From the NCBI GenBank assembly GCA_051362555.1, contig CM120648.1, positions 1,155,721 through 1,219,720 of the forward strand: DNA of 64,000 nt, written 5' to 3'. The notes under the pieces are model-generated. The model saw nothing but the letters and a program-made list of their open reading frames with translations. It had not been told where the DNA came from and did no database searches. The translations under genes and the position numbers were made by a program. How positions within the stretch are numbered: the stretch's first letter is position 1; every line of letters starts with the position of its first letter. Origin of the DNA: Lingula anatina. Taxonomy: Eukaryota; Animalia; Brachiopoda. Below, in pieces: positions 15,424-26,311 of this stretch.

Positions 15424-16083
15424 GGGTCGTATTTTCCTTATTTTATACTGTACTCGTGATGAACACAGTTGCTTTCATCTGTTGTCTAACGTTTGAGTAG
15501 CATTTTAAGAACACCTGTTAACAACGAGAGTCCTAAATGCGCCGGGTTTTCCACTCTGGCGCACTCGGCGTATATCAGAAGTGCATTTGTTTCTATAAGA
15601 CGTGGTCTTGTTTTCAACTACTGTACACATCTTTTATGAGCCACACTGTTGTCGCGTGTTGTTATAATACAGCACATACAGTTATTAGTATGAACACCGT
15701 AAAGTGGTGAGACCCATCTGTTATATTGTTATAATACAGTATATACAATTATGAGTATGAAAACCGTGAAGTAGCGAGACCCATCTGGTTTATGGTTTTC
15801 ACGCTAATGTAGGGAATTGAAAGACAACGCATTACACACATGGTGTGTATTCCAAAAAGAAGCTTTTGCATAGAAGATGGCTGCATTTCAATATTTTTAC
15901 TATATATATAAACCTTTCATACGTAAAAATTTAATTCACAATTTTAATCGTATTGGGTTGATCGTAATAGAGTGTAGAAATGTCACAAATCGTATCTTAA
16001 TAAACATACTGTCCCTCGCTGTTTTTTTTTTTTTTTTCAAATCATTTCACTAAAATTTAAAACGTATTCATTTTGTTTTTCAG

Positions 16084-18574
16084 ATGAATATTCATCTATG
16101 GGCCTTCCTAATTTTCCTGACTCAATCTATCCTATGCGTACAGAGCCAAAATGACACGACCAATGCCACGTCTACCCCGTACAGTCCTTTGGTGACGTCA
16201 CACGAAACAGTGACGTTGTCGACATCGATGACGTCAGTTGTGACATCATCAACATCGTCATCGTTAACGTCAACAGCATCACCCTCGTCTGGACATAGCA
16301 GTTCAGGAACGATCACCGGTAATTGATTTGTTTTGTTTTGCTTCCATTTGAATCAAACCACACCGTAAAGTTCAGATAGTGAATAACCGGGGTTTGAACT
16401 GTGTGCGCGCAAAGCGTTCATTTGTCGGAAAACGACAAAGTATTGTTTTCTCAATATTGAACTTCTTGCATCACTTAATTGCGTTTACGAATGGAAAAGA
16501 AATCAATGAATAGGTGACCGCAAAAAGAGATGGAAAGTGTTTTTATAACAGGTAGGGCGATAACAGCCAGCTGAGTCCAAAACAACTGTAGACTAATGAA
16601 CTTTTAGATACAAGATAAAGCCCATGGAAAACGACTTTAAGAAAATATTCTCTGAAACAAAAGGTGCAATAGATCATTGAATTGGACTGCTGCTGATTTG
16701 TCTTTGGTCAAAGTAGACTAAATTTTGGTCCAAATTTTTGGGTCTATATAAGTTTTATATTTCGAGCTAGCTAAACACGTATAGTCCCTTGGTAGGCTGC
16801 CTTATGATCTAAGTTTTCAATATATTGTGAAGCAACAAGCTTGCTTCGGCCCCTTACGTGAGCACACACTAGAAATAATTAAAGTGCTTTAATTTTGAAG
16901 TTTTGGTGTTTTTGAGAAATGAAATGTAAATCTAAACATGGCCACCTCCTGCCATCCACACTGTATTTAAGCCATCCTTATCATATTTATTGTTTATAGC
17001 AGCTTTTATTATGTGATCGTTTTCTTTCGATGAGTAAAACAGCGAGAGTTGTAGCAGCATATAATAAACAAATATTTTCCCCCAAAGCGATAAGCTGTTT
17101 ATTACTTTTTGTAGGAGAGAACAGTGTCACGACTACGACCGCGGTTACGAATGCTTCTAATGCAACTGGTGAGTTTTTTTTTTTTTTTTTTTTTTTTGTC
17201 GATTAATCTTTGTTCTTCACTTGCTTCTCCGCTATTTTTCAGATCAATTTTGTTTTAAAAACGAAGACATAGAGAAAACGGTATCTGTTTATCTAGATCT
17301 GTATTTGGTATGTAAAAAAATAAACGGTAAATATAATTGAGTAATAAAAGAGAACTTTATGGCTGCGCTGTGGGATATGTGTGTGATATCAAGAAGTTGT
17401 ACAACTTCTTGGTGATATTAAATGGTTTCTGTGTTGGAGAAGCACCAGTGTTGAGACTAACTCCACAAGATGTTAATGACAGAGTACCGTTTGTTCCTAC
17501 ACTGAGCGTGGCTGACTCGGGATCCTTTAATCCTACCAATCCCCCCCACCCACCCACCACCACCACCACCACCAACCCCAACCCCACCTTGCTGTGCCAC
17601 CGTAATTTCCATCACGTTAAAAAAAAAGAAGAGCACTTATGTCTTTATTTACTTCTCTCTACTCCGGGGCTCACTGGTTTGTAAGGGACCGTCCATAATG
17701 AGTTATGACGACCTAGCTTATGTTCACTAACTCCACGGGGACTCACGCTGAATGCAATCAGATTAACAGACTAACACTCCTTCCCTTGTATCCAACGAAT
17801 TCGTATAATCACCAGCTTCTCTGTATTCTACTCAATGCCAGGAGGAGGCGTGTTAGTTTGTCATTCTAGTTGCATTCACCGAGAGTCCTCGTGGAGCACG
17901 TGCGCATTGGCTACATTGTACGTCGGCATATCTCATTGTGAAAGCTCCCTTTTAGCGTGTCAGAAAGGACAGGCAGAATTACAAATGTGACGGGTGCGTC
18001 GAACCAAGATGTTGAGTAACATTTCTCAGTGTATAATTTACACCAAAGGAATGTTGACGTGCAGTGTCACCGAGGTTGACAGCGCCTAATTTTGTCAAAG
18101 ATGCCTGTCATTTGTCATGTTTTGTATGGATAAAACAAATAAAGGCTGTTTGCCACATGTTTTCCCTTCATGATGTTAGTAAGTGCAGTCCTTTTCTAAC
18201 TCGAAAACAGAAATAGAAAAAGAAAAACTGAAGTATGGAATAAGCAAGCTAAAGCGTGACAGAATAATGATTAATTTTCACTTCGATGTGATAATTCTTG
18301 TTTCTTTATAAAACAGTCACATTGAAACAGTCACATTAACTTTCAAATTAGGATGCAATACGTTAATAAAATGTTTGTTTTTATTAAAAAAAACGCGCTT
18401 TTGCTTACATTTCGTTCATATCCCAGCGAGCCATTGATCCTGAGCTCATTTTCATAGTATTTATATCCCTCGGCCTATCAGGATCACGGAGTGGATCACG
18501 CGTACGGTGAGGTGTGTTGCTTTCTACTGGAAGCAAGATTTAAGATGTCAAATTCACAGTAGAACAGGGGTGCG

Positions 18575-18637
<63 letters not shown>

Positions 18638-18998
18638 AGTAGCTTGCGTTAAGGCATTCCGTGGCTCGTCAGCGTTTTACCTAACACGTCAGATTCACTT
18701 TGAAGACTTAAAAAACGTTGTCCTTATAACTCACTTTTAACATTCCTTTTAGTAACCAAGACAACGGGCACGCCTGCAGGGGATTCAGGAACGTCTGGCA
18801 CAACCCTCACTCTAGAGACGACTGAGACGCAGTTCTGGCAGCAGTATCGGTTCTATATCCTCGGGGGAGGAGCAGGTTTTATAGGTTTGTCACGAAAAAA
18901 TGACTTGGCTCAGAAAATTATGGCAATAGATTCTTCAAACAGGAGCAAAATATCAAAGGGGGAGGGCTACACAGACCATCTAGACTGAAAATTTCCTC

Positions 18999-19032
<34 letters not shown>

Positions 19033-21090
19033 TAAGAGGAAAAATGTATTCAGCGAATTAGGTTTTTTATGTCGCTTGTGGTTAGATAGTAACACAGTAA
19101 AGTAAAGAGACTAAAAGTGTTTTAAACTTGGATGTGACACGTTTATCAGAGGGCTTTTGATTCCAAGAATGACTCGCCGATTTTACTGGCCAAAAAGCCA
19201 ATCTTCTTAATCACTATAGTGCCGTCCATAAAATTGGTCATGCGCTTAATGACCATGGCCGTTTCTGGACGCTCATACTTTTAAGCATGCCTACACGCCT
19301 ACAGTAAATGTTCTTTTAATGCATTTTCAGTGTTGTCCGTGATCACGCTCTTCATCTGCTGTGCCTGCTGCGCAAGTTGCAGACGGTGTTGTTGCAATTG
19401 TTGCCTAAGACTCTCTTGTTCTGGTAAGTATTGACTGTTTTTGCGGTACTTCTTCACCTAGTGTTGACTGGCTGGCGTGGACATCGGGGGTTGAAGTACG
19501 TGCAGTGCAGTGAGTCGGACATTTATGCAGGAAGGTGGATTCTGTGGGCAATTTCGACAATTTCAGCAATTTACTTTTGTCACCAAAATACGTGTGTATG
19601 TCATACAAAACGCGTTCGAGTTTCTAGTTGTTCATTTGTCTTTTACAAGAGTGATATTGTGCATAAAAACTGGTTTATTTGATATACCTCGTTTTGCAAA
19701 GCAAGATAATGCGCCAAAGAAAGGTATCTACCAAGCAGATACCGTTCTTTCTAAACTATGTTTTAGTATGTTTGGCTATAACCTTTACTTATGTATTACA
19801 GAAGGCTGTCGTGCGGAATTGGTTGACTTTGAACAGTGCCTAGCAACGTGTTGTTGTCGCCATGGAAACAAAACCAAACACCAATCGCGACAGCATTACC
19901 CGCACCCTTTTACGACATTCGATTATGACAGCAGCACTTTAGGTATGTCTTTAATGCAATTTCATGTCATGTAGCAATATGAGCTTAAAGCAAATATCAT
20001 GCAAAGTTAACGTAGGGTATTTGCTACAGTTCACAGTAATTTTTAAGTTGATAAACCTAAGTGACAAGAAAAGATGGATACATGTTATCTATCCACTTTT
20101 TCAAAAAAAGGATCGAAAAATATGTGATACAATTTTTATGCAACCATCCCTCCTGTGCGATTTTTATTTTGAAAGTTATTTACAAAAAAAGGGAAGACGT
20201 TATTAATTTTTGACGAATGTACGGTAGGTGCTTTTTTGTGCCTTAAAAAAAGTTATTCTTTCTGCTTTGGAAAAGAGAATTCGCATTTTAAGTATTTCGT
20301 TTTTAAAACAGGTACAGATAAAAATGGATACATGAATGGACATGTTTACACCAATGGCCACGTGCATTCAAATGGTCACGTGCCTATGACGCAGATGGGT
20401 CACGATATTCTGGATGGAGGCAGCATCAGCAAACGGAGCGACTCCAGCAAGAGTTCTGATGTTAATCACAATGCAGTGCCGAAATCCAAGAATAGTAAGT
20501 AATCTAGCTTTTTCATATCATTGATGATTATACTGTTTGTTTTGTGGAAAAGGTTTAGCGTACTTTAGAAGCCAAGATGGATGCACTTTCATTCGTTTGA
20601 AATTGCTGATTTAACGAAAACATTTACATACTAACGGCCTTAATTTTATAGTATTAATGACAGATTATTTACTGATTATTTATTAATTAAAAGAGATATT
20701 CAGTACGTGTGTTAAATACCTAGCCATATGTTTCCGAAACATGAACGTTAAATGGTGGAAAAGGAAAAACCTTCATCTTAGCATTTTCCTGAACAAGAAT
20801 ATTTGAATGAAATTCCAAATTTTCCATGCCGTTGATATAAACAATGGATTTATCTTCCCGAATTTAAACTAATCTTATCCATATCCATATCTTTCAGAAG
20901 AGCAACAACCCGTTGAAATTACTCAGATAACAGTATTCGACCCATCTGTAAATCAACCAGTGGCAAATGGGCATGGTAAGTGACGTCATATTATCCTGTC
21001 CTCGGACATAAAAATAGTCAAACATTGGACTTAGGATTACTGCTTTCAAACTATGTGTATTCTGCAAAAAAGATATATGGTTGACGAAAA

Positions 21091-21159
<69 letters not shown>

Positions 21160-22795
21160 TTAGTGTTTGATCCAGAGAAAATGTCTGCCCCAATAATAAA
21201 AAATGAATTGCATCATAATTCCTTCATTTGTGTTATACAGTGGAACCTGTTACCAATGGAAATGGCAAACCCAACGGTAACAGCAACTCTGGGAAGAGCA
21301 ATGGCAATGGGCACGTGACGAATTCACCCGCTGGGTTTATGAAATTTCGCGGTGGGAAAGGAAACTATAAACTCACTCCACTGAGAGAGAGGAAGAAAAG
21401 TAAGCAGTCGTGATACTAGTTAAAAGTTTGACAAACTACAAGAAATCTAACGATAATCGTTGTAGTAAAGAGTAGTAAATGGGAACTTAAGTTGAATAAA
21501 CTAGGGTGTCTCATTACCCGCCAGAAACGTGACTAAGTAATCGCCTTCAGCAAATATAAGATATAAATTATTTTAAAAATGTGCATATGTTTATTAAGCA
21601 TGAAATTTTGAAGTGACGCACAGATCAATCAGATATATATATATCAGTATGTTCTTTGGCATGACTTTACAAACGTGTCTACTTCACGTAGACCGATTAG
21701 TCTGTCACTTTCAACTTTGAAGCCATTTTTTTCGCAGACCTTTAATGATTGCATTTTGCTTTTTATCTAGTTTATATGAACAGCAAAGACGGGGACACAT
21801 TCCTCTTCGTCCCGAGTTGCCCGGATGGAGATTGCTTCTTCCGTGCTTTCACTATAGCAACGCACGAGATTCTCCAAAAGTGCGAGAGACACGCGGAGAG
21901 TGGACTTCCTTTGGCGGAAGATCTGTTCCGATTCGAAAACGAAAAAGTGTTCAACCTCCGCAAGGAGATGTGCGATTTTATGAGAGAGCATTTCAGTCGT
22001 TACGAAAAGAAAGCGCTGGAGCTGGTTCATCAAGGGAGCGTAAAAGACATGGACAGTGCTATTCCTGCCATGGACATCCCCGCCCCCATACACGACGAAC
22101 AATACCAAAGTTTCTACGATGAACTCAACGCCATGCAACACCCAGGGACCTACGCATGCCAGTTGGAAATTGCCGCCGTGGCGGACATGAAAAAGACGAA
22201 GGTTTTTCTCTATCAAAAACTCCTTGAGAGTCCCAAGAGCTTAAGGGGCAAGGACCCGAGGATCAACATTGCAAAGGTGATCGAACTCGGACAACCCGAG
22301 TTCGAGGACGAGATTGATCTTGTCTATATGCCCATTGACCATGGGAGGTCAGGACATTACGACGCATTAGGTATGTTTAATCTTAATTAAGTAAAGTGTG
22401 TCGGCAACGCAGTTGGCGATAATAAGTATTATATTGTTAATCATAATCATAACTACTTTTTTGGCAAAACTACACAGATGAACCTGTTTACATGAGTGAT
22501 TATGATAATCATTGCACGGCATTTCAAACCATTTTTGTAACAATATAGATTTTACCCATAAGGATTACTTTTCCACTGTTCTAGCTTCATCAAGGGTTCA
22601 CAAATTCTAAGTATATTTTTATTTTTAGATATAAATGTTAAAACATTGTGCCAGAACTGTTTTAGGGGCCTACGGGTACACTCTACTTATTGATAAAAAC
22701 ATATATCTTTTCTAAGACATTTTATTCTAATGCATTTAACTATACTGAGCTATTTTACTGCCATTTCAGTAAAAGTAGAAACTGCCACTGCCTAG
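16084..22795 (+). CDS. Type-I transmembrane mucin/proteoglycan-like protein with a cytoplasmic OTU deubiquitinase domain (~540 aa, 9 coding exons)
   Basis: Exons 16084-16318, 17115-17168, 18753-18884, 19331-19423, 19802-19942, 20312-20494, 21241-21399, 21771-22370, 22770-22795. All introns are GT-AG and phase 1, giving 1623 nt with no internal stop. Features: signal peptide MNIHLWAFLIFLTQSILCVQS, S/T-rich ectodomain, TM FYILGGGAGFIVLSVITLFI, Cys cluster, NG(H) repeats, OTU motifs PDGDCFFRA and GHYDAL. The last exon is the least certain. Confidence 0.75.
17685..17949. mobile_element. Palindromic MITE (PIF/Harbinger-like) in an intron of the TM-OTU gene
   Basis: Long imperfect inverted arms: GGGACCGTCCATAATGAGTTATGACGAC vs GTCGGCATATCTCATTGTGAAAGCTCCC, and CTCCACGGGGACTC vs GAGTCCTCGTGGAG. 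Left flank is TAA. Confidence 0.6.
18577..18633. repeat. (TA)n microsatellite
   Basis: Direct read. Confidence 0.95.
21092..21155. repeat. (TA)n microsatellite
   Basis: Direct read. Confidence 0.95.
21771..22370 (+). CDS. OTU-family cysteine protease (deubiquitinase) domain exon
   Basis: Contains the Cys box VPSCPDGDCFFRAF (D-x-x-C), the YACQLEIAAVA helix motif and the His box GHYDAL. It is a single 600-nt exon, GC-richer than its flanks, bounded by ttttatctag| and TTAG|gtatgt. Confidence 0.85.
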
Positions 22796-25700
22796 TCCCA
22801 GTATAGAAATGCAGATTGGATTCCAAGAGAGTTTACATGGACACCACTTGCACCAGAGTCCCAGCGCGCCCTGCACCTTGGACAAGCATCGACGGACATG
22901 TTTTTCCTATTCCTTTTTGAAGAAAGGGGAGAAAGGGAAAAGTTAAAGTGAGTGAATGCACAACACATGGGAAGCTCGCGTTTAAATCTGACTTTCAATA
23001 CGTTTGATATCAGCTTTTCTCGGAACGGCAAGGTATAAAGAAGAAACCGCTGGATCAAACCCCGTAAAATGCGGTGTAAAGTGTGAGCTTACTTTTGGAT
23101 AGGGGTAAACTAAGTGAAGAGAAGGGGGACCGCTGTGTACCACGTGAGCATTACGTCATTAACGTGAGCATTACGTCATTAACGTGAGCTGATCACGTGG
23201 TGATTATCCAGGTTACATATGCAAAGATGACGGTGATTGTGCAAACCGCCGGGATCAACACCAAATGATAAATAACTGTTACCTCTCAATTTTTTGCGCA
23301 AGTCGATTCTATTTGATGAACAGAACTTTCTCCTAGGTCCTTAGGCATATTCATTATTGTCTTTTATTGTTCCATAAATGTGTTATAAGTGCAATTATTT
23401 AACAAAAAAACATGACGGGTAAGATAAATTGCAAGTAGCCTACGTGTGCGAGCAGCACTGTGTTTTGAAATTTATTGTAAGTGGTTAGGATAGAAGAACA
23501 AGCTATGTCAGTTTTAGCGAAAGGAATTGAATTTGTATCGTACCGGAATTTGTAATTTCACCAACCTTGTCTCATGTGTATTATATGTGATAGAATTTCC
23601 ACATTTTACTTAACTGCATCAACTTCTTAACAACTACTATTACTACTACTGCCACAACTACTACTACTACAGGTGTTGCTACTCAACTCTCTTAAAAGTG
23701 TATTAAGAGACTAATTCTAGGGTTGCTTATTGCACCGAACAAAGCCCAGGCACTGTCGAACTGCGCCTTATAAAGTTGCATTATTTACAATATTCTTTTA
23801 GTTTAAATTGATATGTTAGGTTCGTACGTTCAAGCACTGGTGTCTGCCTAAAATTTTTTCTTTGCTACCGGAAATTATATAGAAATCATTCATATAGAGC
23901 ACAACAAAATGAGACCTATTGATATTTGTTTGTCTTGTTCTTGCTTTCTACCGGTTCTTTTATAAATTGTTATGTTACGTCTTTGCAACATTCATTGTAT
24001 ATCTCAATTAATTTTTGCATTACAGCGTGTAGGAGACCCAATTTTTGTATTTTGTTGATTGTAGTGTTTTGAAAGGATGGGGTTTTCGATTTTGGAAAGT
24101 TGAAATGAAGCTGTTATGCAACAAAATAAAGCTCCAACACTTAATTACTAGCTGCCTAGAACTGAAAATCGTATGTGTTACGTCACAAGGCGTCCAGGGT
24201 TCGGTTTTGCAGTGTTGCCAGGTAGCGGAGGTTTAGTAGAAGACTTACACGACCAAGGGGGTTAGCAGACGTTTTTTAGAGACGGATCTCGGCCCCTTTA
24301 ACACCTCTAACCTTTGCATCCCTTGTTCATTTGTAAATTGTCTAGTAACGTGAAACGATGAAGTAATGAAGGGTATATTTTCGAATTTCTCTCTGTTTGA
24401 CGAGTCCCTTAGACGCCTCGCTGGCATCAAAGCACGTGAACAATTTTAAGTACTTAATATAAAGATGTTATCTTACTCATTAACTTAGATTGCAGATGAA
24501 TTCTAGACAGTAAGTTGGTATGGCACATAAATATTTAGTTGTCAAACGAAGAGAATCGATATTGTTACCGTTATAGGTAAAACTACAGCATTCATTGTTT
24601 CTGATAAGGTATTCTGACATGGTGATTTGATAAAGATGGTAGTGTTAGTATCAGCACATACACTTCAGTCAGTTTTTCCTCTCTGTTTTGGTAATACTTT
24701 TTGCATCTCCCAGTAGTAAAATTTGAAATTTAGTACATATTAAGATGCACTTTCACGTGTATTTCATGTCCCATGTGTGTTCAATATATATTTTTATACA
24801 TAGCCGTAGTGACAATGGCATGGGCCTCTTTTCTATCCATATGTTAAGAACGTGAAACTAAATTGATCATACAAGGAGGTAGTGTACAAAACTATTTATG
24901 CATTTTCTTGGTTTTCTAATAATTATGTTACCTTATGTATACGTTGGAAATTGTATTTGTAGAGAGTTTTGCCATTGTTTACAGAAGTGTTCGTCATATT
25001 TGTACTTTCAATAATTACAGCGAGATGCAAATGCAAGCATATCTTTTTTTAGTAAGAGCAGAAGTGGAAATTCTCATATATCTGGCCAACGCTTTTAAGC
25101 CAGTAGCACAGCGTTTGTTTCCCCCAAACAGCCAATAGCCCAACCTTTGGCTAAAGCTAAGACCGAATTGTGTTCGTCCTAATTTGGGACAATAATAAAA
25201 TGGATCTCTAAAAAAAGCGATGACAGTTCTGAATCATTAGCGACATTAAATTTTTTTGCATAAAGAGCTCATAGTCTCCAGTGACATACTTTCGATTTAT
25301 CCATTGTCAAAGTGCACTGGTTTTTTTTCTGGACTGTTCGTATGCCAGCAATTTTTGCTCCAAGCGATGCCTAGTTTGCAACTCAGTTCTGGAGATATCT
25401 CCTTTGCATGAATTTCAATTCGTTATTGCGTATACATATATATTAGTGAAACAAAGTACATATTATCTATTCACTGTTATTAAAATATTAAGTTACATAT
25501 CCCAAAAGCTATGATGGAACAGATCTATGCTTGCGACATCTATCGTTAAGTTTGTCTCCGAAGCTTAGCAAACATCCATAGTTAATTTGTACCAGATTAA
25601 TGACTGTGTGTATTTATTGTAACGTCGATCACTAATCTTATTTTGGGTATAAATGTACCGTAAGGAAACAAAACTGGACCGACGTGCGATAAAGGCGTTG

Positions 25701-26311
25701 TTCCAATGCAAAATGTGTATAAATCTCTCGATCAGTGTTATACTCTCTCCCTCGTTACCATTCCTGGTCGTTTATATTCTACGTTATATTTACTGTTATC
25801 TGTTTTTTTGAAATCCTAAACCTGTTATGTATGCTCAAAATCAGTGTACAGTATTACGTCATCATTATCGTTATTATTATTATTATGATAATTTTATTAT
25901 TTTTGAAAGGGCAATAAATTATATTCTATTTACGAGTGCGTTTGATTTCTGACTCTGCCACAACTACTGGTATGTAAAAACTTTGAGAGTAGATATTTTT
26001 ACGTTTTGTTTCACAGGGAAAGTCGATTATGATGTTTTCAGCATTCAGATAATCTTGGTTTTAAAATTCCATTATGCTGAATGAAATTTGACACTTCTCA
26101 AGTTCAGTTACGTTTCGTCTAAGATCAGTTGCTTCATGTGACGTTGTTGATCGTCCTAAAGTCAATTATTTTAATCTTATTTTAATCTACTTTTGTGTTA
26201 AAATGAATTGGACCTAGTTTCAACACCTTTCTTAACGTTTCTTTGCCGTCTTCCTCTACCTCGCCCTCTCTAATAATAAAGCAAATGGAACAGTCCATGC
26301 ACTGCTGATCA

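Noticed and set aside
3787-16083. Short ORFs (60-112 aa) in the long upstream region
   Set aside because: No domain motifs or exon chain; interpreted as intron or intergenic sequence with decayed repeats.
21767-22216. Antisense and alternative-frame ORFs over the OTU, cyclase and NOP2 exons
   Set aside because: Shadow ORFs of real coding exons with no recognisable motifs.
22630-22694. Alternative last exon of the TM-OTU gene (DINVKTLCQNCF...)
   Set aside because: The acceptor is plausible, but 22770-22795 gives the more OTU-typical HYDALV ending. Not resolvable without transcripts.
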